Assembly (NCBI GenBank): GCA_903934015.1
Contig: CAIZMI010000021.1
Span: forward strand, 10,868-74,867
Reading direction: 5' to 3'
DNA length: 64,000 nt
Source: an uncultured bacterium
Lineage (GTDB): Bacteria; Patescibacteriota; Andersenbacteria; UBA10190; CAIZMI01
The notes beneath the pieces are model-generated. The model had not been told where the DNA came from, ran no database searches, and worked only from the letters and a program-made list of their open reading frames with translations. The first letter of the stretch is position 1; the number at the start of each line of letters is the position of its first letter. Shown piece by piece: positions 28,481 to 38,959 of the stretch. The translations under genes were made by a program, and so were the position numbers.

Positions 28481-28483
28481 TTA

Positions 28484-28930
28484 TTGGCGATAATTATTTT
28501 GATGTTGGTTAAATCAAAATACTTTGGTTTGGTTTTAGGTGTAGTAGTTTCGGACGTCGTAATAAAGTTTGTCGTCGAAAAATATCTGGCGCGTGAGTTT
28601 GCGTTTGGATTATTTAGAATTGGCAATTATGAAAATCCACAGGGTCTTTTTGGGCTTGTTGGTATTACTGAAATTATTTTAATTAACATACTTGTTTTTG
28701 GAGCGGTTGTTTTTTTAATTTGGAAATCTGAAAATGAGCGGGAACGGATGGCGTTGTTATTTATTATTTCCGGAGGGGCACTGAATTTATTTGAAAGAAT
28801 TGCATTAGGTTTTGTGAAAGATAATTTTGCGATTGGAAATTTGGGATATTTTAATTTCGCGGATGTGGCGATTGGGACGGGGATTGTGATTTTGATTAGA
28901 GAATATATTTATTCAAGTAAGAAAGTTTGA
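28484..28930 (+). CDS. lspA: lipoprotein signal peptidase (signal peptidase II)
   Basis: It has four TM helices and LspA motifs (ISGGALNLFERI..., FVKDNFAIGN..FNFADVAIGTG). Confidence 0.75.
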   Translation: MAIIILMLVKSKYFGLVLGVVVSDVVIKFVVEKYLAREFAFGLFRIGNYENPQGLFGLVGITEIILINILVFGAVVFLIWKSENERERMALLFIISGGALNLFERIALGFVKDNFAIGNLGYFNFADVAIGTGIVILIREYIYSSKKV

Positions 28931-29466
28931 ATAGGTTCTAGTCTTGGATAAGTTTGACCAAGATCGTAACGGATCATACGCAATTAGCTTGGAGCAAATA
29001 GATGATCACAAGAAAAAGTAGACCGTTATACTCGAATCCTTACGTGTTCTTGCGAGCCATTGATCATCCGTGAGGATGAGCAAGGCGTGGCAATCTCAAT
29101 AACAATACGATGAATTTTCTATTTTTTAACGGGAGATTGCTTCAGCACGCGACAAGTCGCGTGTTTCGCAAAGACGACGTTTTAAGATGTTATATTGTTT
29201 TTAAAACAAAACTGTCTCCAGATGATTTGCGTATGATCCTTCGTAACTTGGTTGGCGTGTAGTGTTTCTTATAATGCGGTTTTTAAAAGCGTTGTTATTT
29301 TTAATCAGTGGGGAATTGAGACAACGTAACCATTAAATATCTCCTGAGGGTCGATAATGATTCCGTTAACACGGAGTCGTTTGTTTGTGCAAAGTGCGTT
29401 GTGGTACACTGTATTTAATGTTATGGAAAACTTTTTCCAATAGCGGTTAACAAATAACATCCAAAT

Positions 29467-31542
29467 ATGAACATCAATATTAAAAAGCTGGGATTAACAG
29501 GAAGATTTCTTTCTTGGTTTTTAGCAGTTTCCATTGTTCCGATGGCGATAGTCGGATATTTAAGTTACAGCAGTGCCAAAAATGCCATACAACAGGAAGT
29601 TGTTTCTGGGGCGAGTAGTCTTGCTGAATCATTGGAGCGACATATTGTCACTTATTTTGAGGAGCAGAAAGTTACAATAGAATTGCTTGCAAAGAACAGT
29701 GTCTTTCAACAGCGAGAAGATGTGTCAAGCATACAAAATGTGATTGACGATTATTTAAAAGATTCAAAAAGTATTTATTCTTTGATGATTTTTGATAAAA
29801 ACGGAATTTGTATTGCATCAACTGACCCGACAATGAAGGGGCAAGATAGAGCGTCAGACCCGTATTTTGTTGAGGCAAAAAATAAAACTTACATTAAAGA
29901 CGTTTATAAATCCACAACCACGGGATCGTTTGGTTATACTGTTTCTTCTCCACTCAAGAATGGCGATGGATTCAATGGAGTTATTGTTGCGAGATATAAA
30001 CTAGATAGTCTTAATGAAATGCTTGCAATCGCCAATCAGGGAGAAACAATGAAATCGCACCTTGTTGATTCAGGCGGATTTGTATTTACGGCAACGAGAT
30101 TTGGGGGAGAGAAGGACATTTTGTCTTTGAGAGGTGATTCTGCTTCCGTAAAGAACGCTATGTCTTCAAAAGAGGATCAGCATGGAATAAATGTGGATTA
30201 CCGAGGCAAAGAGGTGCTTGGTTCATTCCAAACAGCTCATTTACAGGAAAAGCTTGAAAAGAAATGGGTTTTAGTAGTAGAAGAAGATACAAAAGAATCC
30301 TATGCGCCTGTTAGTTCGCTTCGAAATAAGGTTCTGGCTATTTCGCTAATAATTATCGCATTAATTTTCGGCTTGGCTTACATCGCCTCTCGTTCGATCG
30401 GTAATTTTGTGCGTAATCCGATCAAGAATGCCGTAAAACAACTGGCACAGGCGGCCGATGTATTGGCTGCTTCTACGCAAATGTCGTCTGCGGCATCTCA
30501 GCAAAATTCTTCCACCGCGCAACAGTTGGCGGCAGGAGCATCGTCCCAATCACATCAATCTGAGGAAATTTCAAAGAATATTGCGGAAATGGCAGCAGCG
30601 AGCAGTCAAATGGCAGCTTCAGCACAAGAAGCGGCCGTCTCTAGCTCAAAGGCGGCGGAAATGGCACAAAAGGCCGGCAGTCTTGGTGCAACATCGCAAA
30701 AAAACCTCAATGATATTAAGTCGATGGTTGGTGAAACTTCGCAAATGGTTAAAAACATTGCCGGCAGTTCGGAACAAATTGGTGATATTGTTGACGCGAT
30801 AACCTCAATTGCCGATCAGACAAACCTCTTGGCGCTAAATGCCGCCATTGAAGCCGCGCGGGCAGGAGAGGCGGGTAGAGGGTTTGCAGTAGTGGCGGAT
30901 GAGGTGCGGAAATTAGCTGAAAGTTCTGCCAAGTCGGCGGAAGAAATTAAAGGGCGCATTAAAAGTGTTTTGGGTCAAGTGGAAGAGACTGTTACGGCTG
31001 TTGAGTCGGGTGCGGAAAATGCCGAATCGAGCGCAAAAGCAATCGGAGATACGCTTGGTACCCTGCAGGAAATTTCCTCCGCTGTTTTGCAGGTTTCCGC
31101 TAAAATTCAAGAATTATCCGCCGGTATTCAACAGCAAACAGCTTCGGTACAGGAATTGGCAAAGACAATGGATTCAATTGCATCGGTAGCAACACAGAAT
31201 GCATCCGGCGCTCAACAACTTTCAGCTTCAACACAACAACAAGCCGCGGCGAATCAGCAAATTGCCGCGTCAACACAGCAGTTAATGGCATTGTCGGAAA
31301 CATTGCAAGATTTGTCCGGTGGCGTGGAAATTATTAAGTCTAGTTTGGGTGGCATATTAAATAGGAAAAACAGGGTTGCAAAGAAAGAAGGAAGGACTTC
31401 ATTAGACGAGCAACATGTTGATAATATCGAGCCGGAGAAAGAACCTTCCATTATTCTTTCAGAACCCACAAAAGTGGTGCCGAAAATAAGGAGAATTACA
31501 AGAAAAAATACAGAAAAAAACGATCAATCTTTTAACGGTTAA
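29467..31542 (+). CDS. methyl-accepting chemotaxis protein (Cache-like periplasmic sensor, two TM helices, MA signalling domain)
   Basis: TM helices at about aa 15-35 and 285-305 flank a periplasmic domain. The conserved MA core is present ([35 protein letters not shown]). Confidence 0.9.
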   Translation: MNINIKKLGLTGRFLSWFLAVSIVPMAIVGYLSYSSAKNAIQQEVVSGASSLAESLERHIVTYFEEQKVTIELLAKNSVFQQREDVSSIQNVIDDYLKDSKSIYSLMIFDKNGICIASTDPTMKGQDRASDPYFVEAKNKTYIKDVYKSTTTGSFGYTVSSPLKNGDGFNGVIVARYKLDSLNEMLAIANQGETMKSHLVDSGGFVFTATRFGGEKDILSLRGDSASVKNAMSSKEDQHGINVDYRGKEVLGSFQTAHLQEKLEKKWVLVVEEDTKESYAPVSSLRNKVLAISLIIIALIFGLAYIASRSIGNFVRNPIKNAVKQLAQAADVLAASTQMSSAASQQNSSTAQQLAAGASSQSHQSEEISKNIAEMAAASSQMAASAQEAAVSSSKAAEMAQKAGSLGATSQKNLNDIKSMVGETSQMVKNIAGSSEQIGDIVDAITSIADQTNLLALNAAIEAARAGEAGRGFAVVADEVRKLAESSAKSAEEIKGRIKSVLGQVEETVTAVESGAENAESSAKAIGDTLGTLQEISSAVLQVSAKIQELSAGIQQQTASVQELAKTMDSIASVATQNASGAQQLSASTQQQAAANQQIAASTQQLMALSETLQDLSGGVEIIKSSLGGILNRKNRVAKKEGRTSLDEQHVDNIEPEKEPSIILSEPTKVVPKIRRITRKNTEKNDQSFNG

Positions 31543-31555
31543 TGTTGATTCCGTT

Positions 31556-32143
31556 ATGGAAAACGAATTACAGAAGGCCGTAGCAAACGTAAAACCTTCA
31601 TCCACTAAAAACAAGAAGGTGGTTGAGGAACGGCATCAGTTGGTTGTTTTTGAGTTGGATAACGAGGAGTATGCGGTACCAATTCAAGATTTGCAAGAAA
31701 TTATCAAAATTCCCGTAATCACGCCAATTCCAAGCGCGCCGGATTTCATCAGCGGTATTTTTAATCTTCGAGGGAGGATCGTTGTTGCCATAAATTTGGA
31801 GAAGCATTTTAACTTAGTGCGTGAAAAAAAGACGCCTTGTAATCACATTATTGTGTCGGAAATTAACGCCAATATTTTTGGTGTAATTGTTGATAATGTG
31901 GTGGAAGTCATTCAAGTTCCTGTTTCTCAAATCAAACCGACGCCATCATTAGTTTCAGCAAAAATAAAAGCTGATTACCTAAGTGGTGTTGTGGTAATAG
32001 GCGGGGAAGCAGAAGAGGGTCAGGAAACTGGTGAAAGCAAAGAGAAGAGTCGCTTAATTATCTTGATGGATCTACCAAAACTGCTTCAGGAGAAAGAACT
32101 TTTAGATATTGGCGCGCAAGTGGCAGACACAGCTAATCATTAA
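31556..32143 (+). CDS. cheW: chemotaxis coupling protein CheW
   Basis: A CheW-like domain is present (EEYAVPIQDLQEIIKIP..ITPIP.AP.FI.GI.NLRGRIV). Confidence 0.8.
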   Translation: MENELQKAVANVKPSSTKNKKVVEERHQLVVFELDNEEYAVPIQDLQEIIKIPVITPIPSAPDFISGIFNLRGRIVVAINLEKHFNLVREKKTPCNHIIVSEINANIFGVIVDNVVEVIQVPVSQIKPTPSLVSAKIKADYLSGVVVIGGEAEEGQETGESKEKSRLIILMDLPKLLQEKELLDIGAQVADTANH

Positions 32144-32152
32144 GAATATTTT

Positions 32153-32740
32153 ATGCAATTTAGTAAAGAAAATTTGGAGATTGCGGCGATTAAGGGGTCG
32201 AGAAACGTTGCGGAAGCGTTTTCTAAGCTTGCGAAAACTTCGATTAAAGTAGAAACGTCTAAGGTGGAAACAGTGTCTTTTGACGTGGCAATTTCTCGTA
32301 TCAAGCCACCAGGCGATCACGCGGTGGTGGTTCATTCGAACGTCCTATTTGGGGCAAAAGGGGCTGCGATATTGATGTTATCCAGAGAAGATTCATTGGT
32401 TTTAGTTGATTTATTGCATAATCAAGAGATTGGCACCACGGGCATCCTAAAAGATCTTGATCGTTCCGCTTTGAAGGAAACATTAAATATCCTTTCCAAC
32501 TCTTTCGTTACTGCACTCTCGGATGTCACGAATGTGGAGTTGGGGCTGGGTGTCCCGGGGATGATTACTGCCGGTCGATTAGAGGAAATAATTGGCGCAA
32601 TGCGTACCGGAAACAAGGTAAAAAATGACGATAACGAGTCGCTAATTTTCGAAACTAGTTTTTCCGCATTTAAGCAAAAAATCGACGCTAGTTTGTATCT
32701 TCTTTTTAGCGAAGGAATTGTTGATTACATTAAGGAATAA
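32153..32740 (+). CDS. CheC/CheX-family chemotaxis phosphatase, paralog 1
   Basis: It carries duplicated CheC-type motifs (E..NI.....A..ALS; LKETLNILSNSFVTALS). Confidence 0.65.
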   Translation: MQFSKENLEIAAIKGSRNVAEAFSKLAKTSIKVETSKVETVSFDVAISRIKPPGDHAVVVHSNVLFGAKGAAILMLSREDSLVLVDLLHNQEIGTTGILKDLDRSALKETLNILSNSFVTALSDVTNVELGLGVPGMITAGRLEEIIGAMRTGNKVKNDDNESLIFETSFSAFKQKIDASLYLLFSEGIVDYIKE

Positions 32741-32745
32741 AAGAT

Positions 32746-33339
32746 ATGGAACTGTCTAAAGACATTTTGAGTAGGGCCACCACTGAAGGATCAAAAAAAG
32801 TGGCAGAAGCGATGACGATTTTAACTTCTACTTCAGTGGAAGTGGAAGTATCGCGCGTTGAAAGTATGCCTTTCAATGATGCTCTAAATCGTATGTCTAC
32901 CAGCGGTGATTATGGTGTAGTAGTTTTTTCTAATATCGACACCAAAAATGTCATTTCGGGAGTTTCTTTGCTCACAATAGCGCGACCCGATGCGTTAATG
33001 TTGGTGGATATTTTAAATAAGCAAGAAGACGGAACGACCAGGATTCTTAAAGAAATTGATCGTTCTGCGATTAAAGAAATGCTAAATATTCTCTCTAATT
33101 CATACGCTAACGCAATCGCGGAAGCGTCGGAAATTGAATTAAAAATTGATATTCCATCGATGATTACCGTAACGCGATTACAAGGCATTATTTCGCAGGC
33201 GTTTCGGTTTAATGCCGGGCAAATGGAAGGATTATCAATAATTTTTGAAACAACCCTGACGATTGCAAATAAAAAAATTAGAGTTGGTTTGTTTCTCATT
33301 TTTAATGAAAACTTTGCCAAATTGTGTTGCTCAATTTAA
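32746..33339 (+). CDS. CheC/CheX-family chemotaxis phosphatase, paralog 2
   Basis: Same architecture as the upstream paralog (IKEMLNILSNSYANAIAEAS). Confidence 0.65.
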   Translation: MELSKDILSRATTEGSKKVAEAMTILTSTSVEVEVSRVESMPFNDALNRMSTSGDYGVVVFSNIDTKNVISGVSLLTIARPDALMLVDILNKQEDGTTRILKEIDRSAIKEMLNILSNSYANAIAEASEIELKIDIPSMITVTRLQGIISQAFRFNAGQMEGLSIIFETTLTIANKKIRVGLFLIFNENFAKLCCSI

Positions 33340-33348
33340 TTTTTAATT

Positions 33349-33714
33349 TTGATTAATGATATGGAAAAAAGTTCAAAAGTATTACTAGCGGACGATTCTG
33401 CCTTTATGCGCAAGGTGTTGAAAGACATCCTTGAGGGGATAGGGTTCACCAATTTTATCGAGGCGGAAAACGGCGTCGAAGCAATTGAAAAATTTAACGC
33501 TGAAAAGCCATCCTTAGTTATGTTGGATATTATTATGCCCGTTAAAAACGGCATTGATGTTCTAAAGGAGATTGGGAAAAAGGCGCAAATAATTGTTGTG
33601 TCGGCAGTGGGGCAGGATGGGATGATCGAAGAAGCAAAGACCTTGGGAGCGGTAGATTATATCATCAAACCTTTTGACAGGGCCCAGGTTGAAGAAAAAA
33701 TTGCCGCTCTTTAG
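33349..33714 (+). CDS. cheY: chemotaxis response regulator CheY (single REC domain)
   Basis: The LLADDS...VMLDIIMP...VVSA...KPF receiver motifs place the phospho-acceptor Asp in the expected position. Confidence 0.8.
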   Translation: MINDMEKSSKVLLADDSAFMRKVLKDILEGIGFTNFIEAENGVEAIEKFNAEKPSLVMLDIIMPVKNGIDVLKEIGKKAQIIVVSAVGQDGMIEEAKTLGAVDYIIKPFDRAQVEEKIAAL

Positions 33715-33740
33715 TTGGATTTAATAATAAAGATTATCAA

Positions 33741-34742
33741 ATGCGCGAGAATTCTAAAATTCTAATCATCGATGACGATAAATTCTTTTTGGAATTTTAC
33801 CGTGCAGAGTTTGCTCAATTAAATTTGACTACGGATTTCGCCAAGGATGGCGAGGATGGATTACAAAAAATACTTGAACTTCAGCCAGACGTTGTTTTGC
33901 TTGACCTAATGTTGCCGAAAAAAGATGGTTTTGCGGTTTTGCGTGAAATGCGCGCCAACGATCAAACAAAAAAAATTCCTGTTGTTGTAGTAACCTCATT
34001 AAATGCACCCTTAGCGCTGAAACAACTTGAGGGGCTTGAAGTGCAAAAAATATTCAACAAATTATTCAGTTTACCGAAAGAAGTGGTGGAATATGTTTGT
34101 GAGTTACTTGATAGAGAAAATGGTCGTGTTGCGGAAACCGGAAAATCGGTCGAGAAAAAAGGGTCTTATTTGTCTAAAGCGACTCTGGAGCAAATTTTTA
34201 AAGGTAGTCTGACAGAGATTGAGCTGGCCTTCGAAAGAATATTCTCTCAAAAAGCACAAATTGAAGACTATAATATGGCATTAATTCCACCAAGCGAATT
34301 CAAAAAAAACATTATTGATTTAACCCGCCAGCCAGGAGCAGTTTTTCTGTTTGCACCGATTAAGGCGGTTGTGGCGGGGGCGGCACTGATGGCAATGCGT
34401 CGCAGTGATGTGCTGACAATGATTAAATTGATTCAAGAAAGCGCCTTGGGGAAGAATCTTGAGTTGAACACGGACGATAGGGTGGTAGAAGAATTTTTCA
34501 ATATGATTATTAATTCCTTTCTTACAAAACTTTCAAGTTCTATGACCGGCCCCGTTCTCCTGCAGACGCCAGTTTTTGTGAACGAGAAAGAAGTTGTTGA
34601 TGAATTGGCTAAAATAGATGCTTTCGACTTGAAGGATTCTTCGGTGATGTTTATTGAAGAATCATATTCCTTCAAAGATCTCGATTTAGATATTGCCATA
34701 TACATTACGTTTGGCAGTGAATTATTTACAAAACTACGATGA
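33741..34742 (+). CDS. response regulator with an N-terminal REC domain and a C-terminal CheX/CheC-like domain of about 200 aa
   Basis: REC motifs are ILIIDDD...VLLDLMLP...VVVTS. The C-terminal region (FAPIKAVVAGAALMAMRR...FFNMIINSFLTKLSS) resembles CheX-type phosphatases. Confidence 0.55.
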   Translation: MRENSKILIIDDDKFFLEFYRAEFAQLNLTTDFAKDGEDGLQKILELQPDVVLLDLMLPKKDGFAVLREMRANDQTKKIPVVVVTSLNAPLALKQLEGLEVQKIFNKLFSLPKEVVEYVCELLDRENGRVAETGKSVEKKGSYLSKATLEQIFKGSLTEIELAFERIFSQKAQIEDYNMALIPPSEFKKNIIDLTRQPGAVFLFAPIKAVVAGAALMAMRRSDVLTMIKLIQESALGKNLELNTDDRVVEEFFNMIINSFLTKLSSSMTGPVLLQTPVFVNEKEVVDELAKIDAFDLKDSSVMFIEESYSFKDLDLDIAIYITFGSELFTKLR

Positions 34743-35110
34743 ACAAAGATATTTCAATTTTAGTAGTTGACGATTCAGCTTTCATGCGACAATACATTAT
34801 TGGGTTTTTGCATGAATTGGGTTATGAAAAAATCAGTGAGGCTGGTAATGGTCCTGCCGCATTGAATGCAGTAAACGAGAGTATGCCGGATGTTGTTTTG
34901 TTGGACATGATTATGCCAATAATGGATGGTATGGAGGCTTTGGAGAAACTCGTAGAATTAAACGCGCGCGTAATTGTTGTTACCGCGATGGGTCAACGTA
35001 TTACGATCGTGAAAGCCATTGAAAAAGGTGCGCGTGGTTATTTTGTAAAACCATTTTTCACGGCACATGAGTTGGGACGTAAAATTGAAGAGGTAATAAA
35101 CGAGGATTAA
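34739..35110 (+). CDS. CheY-like response regulator (single REC domain)
   Basis: REC motifs are ILVVDDSAFMR...VLLDMIMP...VVTAMGQ...KPF. Confidence 0.8.
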   Translation: MNKDISILVVDDSAFMRQYIIGFLHELGYEKISEAGNGPAALNAVNESMPDVVLLDMIMPIMDGMEALEKLVELNARVIVVTAMGQRITIVKAIEKGARGYFVKPFFTAHELGRKIEEVINED

Positions 35111-35113
35111 AAG

Positions 35114-36181
35114 ATGGTAAAAACGCAGTCCACGATAAGAATAGTCATCGCTGACGATTCGTTTTTTATGCGTCGTTTGCTGACAGAGATAATTAAAAAT
35201 TATCGTGACCTGGAGATTGTCGGTGAAGCGCGAGATGGACAGCAAGCGTTGGAATTAGCCAATAAATTGAAGCCGGACGTAATTACGATGGATTACAATA
35301 TGCCGGTTTTGAATGGCGCAGAAGCAACAAAGAAGATTATGCGAGTGATGGAAAACCCGCCGGCGATAATCATGCTCTCCGCGCATACACGTGAAGGCGC
35401 AGCCGAAACATTTCGGTGTTTACGGGCAGGCGCACTTGAATACATTACCAAACCATCAGGCGAGTTATCGCTTGATATCAACATAATTGAGGATGAAATA
35501 ATTGAAAAAATTCGTACTGCTTCTCAGTCGCGAGTAAAAAAATACGAAGAAATAAAACAGCGGGAAAAAAGAGGAGTTGTGACAGCGAAGAAGCTGACTA
35601 AGGTGGTAGTAATTGGCGCTTCAACCGGTGGGCCGCCTTTAGTGGAAAATCTCGTGAGCGAAATGCCCGCAAATTTAAACGTGGCCGTTGTTATTATTCA
35701 GCATATGCCGAAGTTTTTTACAGAAATATTTGCGGAAAGACTGAATGATATTTCTGTCTTGCCAGTAAAAGAAGTGGTTAATGGAGATGTCCTTGAGGCG
35801 GGGAAAATGTATCTTTCGCCGGGGGGAAATGTGCTGAAATTTACCAGACTGGAAACCGGTGTGCGCAAAGGCGAAGTAATAATGGAACTACTTACTGAGA
35901 AGGTCCATTCTAAGCTCAGCACAATCGATGGCGCCATGGCTTCGCTGGCGACGGTATTCAAGAAAAATATTATTGCAGTGCTTTTGACCGGTATGGGTGA
36001 GGATGGCTTGGTTGGGGTGAAAGAAGTTAAGCAAGCCGGGGGTTATGTGATTGCGCAAGATCCAAACACTGCGGCGGTGCGTTCAATGCCGGAAGCGGTA
36101 ATTCAGGCGCAACTGGTAGATGCTGTTTTGTCACCGGAGAAAATAATCGATAAAATAATTGAACAATGTCAATCGATCTAA
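35114..36181 (+). CDS. cheB: protein-glutamate methylesterase CheB (REC plus methylesterase)
   Basis: An N-terminal REC domain is followed by a CheB methylesterase domain (VVIGASTGGPPLVENL...VIIQHMP...GMGEDG). Confidence 0.85.
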   Translation: MVKTQSTIRIVIADDSFFMRRLLTEIIKNYRDLEIVGEARDGQQALELANKLKPDVITMDYNMPVLNGAEATKKIMRVMENPPAIIMLSAHTREGAAETFRCLRAGALEYITKPSGELSLDINIIEDEIIEKIRTASQSRVKKYEEIKQREKRGVVTAKKLTKVVVIGASTGGPPLVENLVSEMPANLNVAVVIIQHMPKFFTEIFAERLNDISVLPVKEVVNGDVLEAGKMYLSPGGNVLKFTRLETGVRKGEVIMELLTEKVHSKLSTIDGAMASLATVFKKNIIAVLLTGMGEDGLVGVKEVKQAGGYVIAQDPNTAAVRSMPEAVIQAQLVDAVLSPEKIIDKIIEQCQSI

Positions 36182-37848
36182 ATAAGTTTAAAAACATATT
36201 TCTGGAAGAGGCGGAAGAGCATATCCAAAAGTTGAATGATAATTTGTTGTTGTTGGAAAAAAACCCGGACGAACCAAAAATTTTTGACGAATTAATGCGT
36301 TCAGCGCATACAATCAAGGGCTCATCGGCAACGATGCAATTTCAGCAGGTGGCCTTTTTGACGCACGTAATGGAAGATATTTTTGACTATGCACGCAATG
36401 GTCAACTGGCGATAACTAAAAAGATTATTGGATTACTTTTTGAGGCTTTGGATGGTCTTCAGAATGCTATGAGTGAAATCGGTAAAAACAAGGAGGAGCC
36501 GAACCTTTCGGTGCTTTCCGCTAAGTTAAAAAAAGTAACCGGTGTGGCAACTGAAGGAATAGGAAGGTCACTTCGGACAGTTGATGGAAAACCAGTCGTG
36601 CAAGAGAAAGAAAAGAATAAAAATGAAAACGGCGCGCCCGTTTTGTTGTCCGGTATTGAACATGCGGTAGAAAAACTCTCACACATCAAAGTACCGGTTG
36701 AAAGAATGGACGCCCTGATGGATCTCATGGAAGAGTTGTTGATTGATAAAATGCGCTTATTGCAGATTGAAAAGGGAAATAAAAAAACCGACGAAGTGGT
36801 GGAACACATTAGTCGCTTGATTTCCGATTTGCAATTCCAGGTGATGCAGGTGCGCTTGGTGCCGGTAGAGCAAGTTTTTGCGCGTTTTCCACGGATGGTT
36901 CGCGACCTTAGTGTTGCGCAGGGGAAAAAAGTGGATTTTGAGATAGTTGGCGGTGAACTGGAATTAGACCGCACAATCGTTGATAAGCTGAGTGAACCGA
37001 TATTGCATATGTTACGTAACGCCATTGATCATGGGATTGAAAAAGATGGTTATGTGAAACTTTCGGCGGCGCGTGAAAAAGAATTTGTCTTGCTGTCTGT
37101 TGAAAATGGCGGAATTGATATTGATTGGAAGAAGTTGGTTACAGTAAGCGCAAAGAAGGGAATTGTTTCCGACGAGAAAGCCGGCGAATATCTTACCGAA
37201 TTGAGCGCGGATGAAAGCAGAACCCCCAGAGCAGAGATTGTTGATCTGTTATTTGGAGGAGTTTCTACGAATGATGCAGTGACAGAAACATCCGGTCGAG
37301 GTGTGGGAATGAGTATTGTTAGAAAATTTGCTGAGGCCGTAAACGGCGCTGTACAAGTGGAGTCGCCATTGGCTGGAGGGAAAGGTGCAAAAATTACGTT
37401 AGAGCTACCGCCCACGTTGGCAATTATTAATGCACTCCTGGTAGAAATTAATCATGAAACGATGGCTATTCCTTTTTCGAGTGTTGATCGTGCGGTTGCG
37501 ATTCAAGAACAAAACATAAAATTGATGGGTGACAGAGAAGTTGCGGTGGAAAGTGATGCGGATTTACCGCTCGTTCGTTTTCGCAAACTAGAAGGAACAA
37601 ATAATTTGGTGAGCAAGGAAGTGAAAAAGAAACAAGAAACTGTTGTAATTGTTAAAAGGGGTAAAGATCGTGCGGGGATAGTAGTAGACAAGATTGTTGG
37701 TGGCTACGAAATAATTGTGAAGCCGATGGCGCCGGTTTTACGTCATTTAAATGGCTTTAGTGGCTCTACGATTTTGGGAGACGGCCGGACAATCTTAATT
37801 ATTGATGTGCTGACAATGTTGAAAAGCACGCGCATTCTTCAGAATTAA
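36166..37848 (+). CDS. cheA: chemotaxis histidine kinase CheA
   Basis: It contains an HPt domain (SAHTIKGSSATMQF), an HATPase_c domain (GRGVGMSIV) and a C-terminal CheW-like domain. Confidence 0.9.
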   Translation: MSIDLNKFKNIFLEEAEEHIQKLNDNLLLLEKNPDEPKIFDELMRSAHTIKGSSATMQFQQVAFLTHVMEDIFDYARNGQLAITKKIIGLLFEALDGLQNAMSEIGKNKEEPNLSVLSAKLKKVTGVATEGIGRSLRTVDGKPVVQEKEKNKNENGAPVLLSGIEHAVEKLSHIKVPVERMDALMDLMEELLIDKMRLLQIEKGNKKTDEVVEHISRLISDLQFQVMQVRLVPVEQVFARFPRMVRDLSVAQGKKVDFEIVGGELELDRTIVDKLSEPILHMLRNAIDHGIEKDGYVKLSAAREKEFVLLSVENGGIDIDWKKLVTVSAKKGIVSDEKAGEYLTELSADESRTPRAEIVDLLFGGVSTNDAVTETSGRGVGMSIVRKFAEAVNGAVQVESPLAGGKGAKITLELPPTLAIINALLVEINHETMAIPFSSVDRAVAIQEQNIKLMGDREVAVESDADLPLVRFRKLEGTNNLVSKEVKKKQETVVIVKRGKDRAGIVVDKIVGGYEIIVKPMAPVLRHLNGFSGSTILGDGRTILIIDVLTMLKSTRILQN

Positions 37849-37857
37849 CTATCTTTT

Positions 37858-38460
37858 ATGTTTACAGAATTTGAGCAAGATGAGTTGAGAGAAATTGTAA
37901 ATATCGGTTCCGGTAACGCGAGCACGGCATTAGCAAAAATGCTAAAACAAAAAATCCATGCGTCCGTGCCGTTGATTTTGTTTGACGAGGTGCAGAATAT
38001 TTTACCAAAACTCGGGTTGGCCGATAGTCGTGTGACCGTTGTTTTAGTGCGTGTCGATGGCGAGATTCCCGGAGTCTTCTTTATTGCGTTGCCATTAGAA
38101 AACGGATTGGAGTTGGCATCCATGCTGACGGGCGAAGAAAAATCAGGGACTCTCTTGAATGAATTTGGCAGCTCCGCACTTAAAGAAGTGGGGAACATTC
38201 TCTCCGGGGCGTCACTTACGGCACTTTCAAAGTTTTTAGGTTTGGATTTTGTGCAGTCTGTTCCGGAAATTACATCTGATATGCTGGGGGCAATTTTGGA
38301 GTCGATTTTAGTCGAGACGGGTGAAGCGTATGAAAAAATTCTTTTGATTAGCACGAACCTGGATTTTGCTACCGATTGTCACGCGCGATTGTTCTTCGTT
38401 TTCAATCCGGATGCAACAAATGGAATATTGTCGGCTGTTCAGCGGAAATTAGAAAAATAA
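37858..38460 (+). CDS. cheC: chemotaxis phosphatase CheC
   Basis: The classic CheC motifs ELREIVNIGSGNASTALAKML and ALKEVGNILSGASLTALSKFLG are present. Confidence 0.8.
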   Translation: MFTEFEQDELREIVNIGSGNASTALAKMLKQKIHASVPLILFDEVQNILPKLGLADSRVTVVLVRVDGEIPGVFFIALPLENGLELASMLTGEEKSGTLLNEFGSSALKEVGNILSGASLTALSKFLGLDFVQSVPEITSDMLGAILESILVETGEAYEKILLISTNLDFATDCHARLFFVFNPDATNGILSAVQRKLEK

Positions 38461-38462
38461 TT

Positions 38463-38930
38463 ATGCATGAGGATGTAAAATACATTGGCACTGGCGAGGT
38501 GGCGGTTTCAAGTACCGGCATCATCAAAACTTCCGGTATCGGATCCTGTATTGTCGTGACGCTTTACGATGGTGAGAAAAAAATTGGCGGGATGGTGCAT
38601 GCGATGCTACCGGCGAGAAAAGAGAATGGAACGGAGTATCTTTTATCTCCAAAATATACCGATGAAGCAATTGAAATTTTAATTGATGAAATTGAACAAC
38701 AAGGTGGTAGCAGAGAAAGGTTAAAAGCAAAGTTGATTGGCGGTGCAAAAATGTTTCGGTTGTTGAGTGGCGATAACTTTGGAATTGGTTTTAAGAATAT
38801 TGAATCAGCCAGGGAAAATCTTGGGGCTATCGGGATCTTGATTGAGAGTGAAGATGTTGGTGGCACTATTGGGCGCAGTGCGGAATTAAATCTGGAGAAT
38901 GGTTTGGTTTTAGTCAGTTCGATGATGTAG
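38463..38930 (+). CDS. cheD: chemoreceptor glutamine deamidase CheD
   Basis: The CheD motif GIGSCIVVTLYD...GMVHAMLP is present. The start was moved to the ATG at 38463, directly after the CheC stop; the ORF-track start at 38376 overlaps cheC. Confidence 0.8.
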   Translation: MHEDVKYIGTGEVAVSSTGIIKTSGIGSCIVVTLYDGEKKIGGMVHAMLPARKENGTEYLLSPKYTDEAIEILIDEIEQQGGSRERLKAKLIGGAKMFRLLSGDNFGIGFKNIESARENLGAIGILIESEDVGGTIGRSAELNLENGLVLVSSMM

Positions 38931-38959
38931 GGGCGTTACTTGATGATTATTAAACTTTC

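Noticed and set aside
34027-34212. Short internal and antisense ORFs within the che operon (for example 34027..34212, 34433..34705, 36459..37025, 37050..37415)
   Set aside because: They are nested within or antisense to well-supported che genes and are Ser/Thr/Ile-rich antisense artefacts of AT-rich coding DNA.
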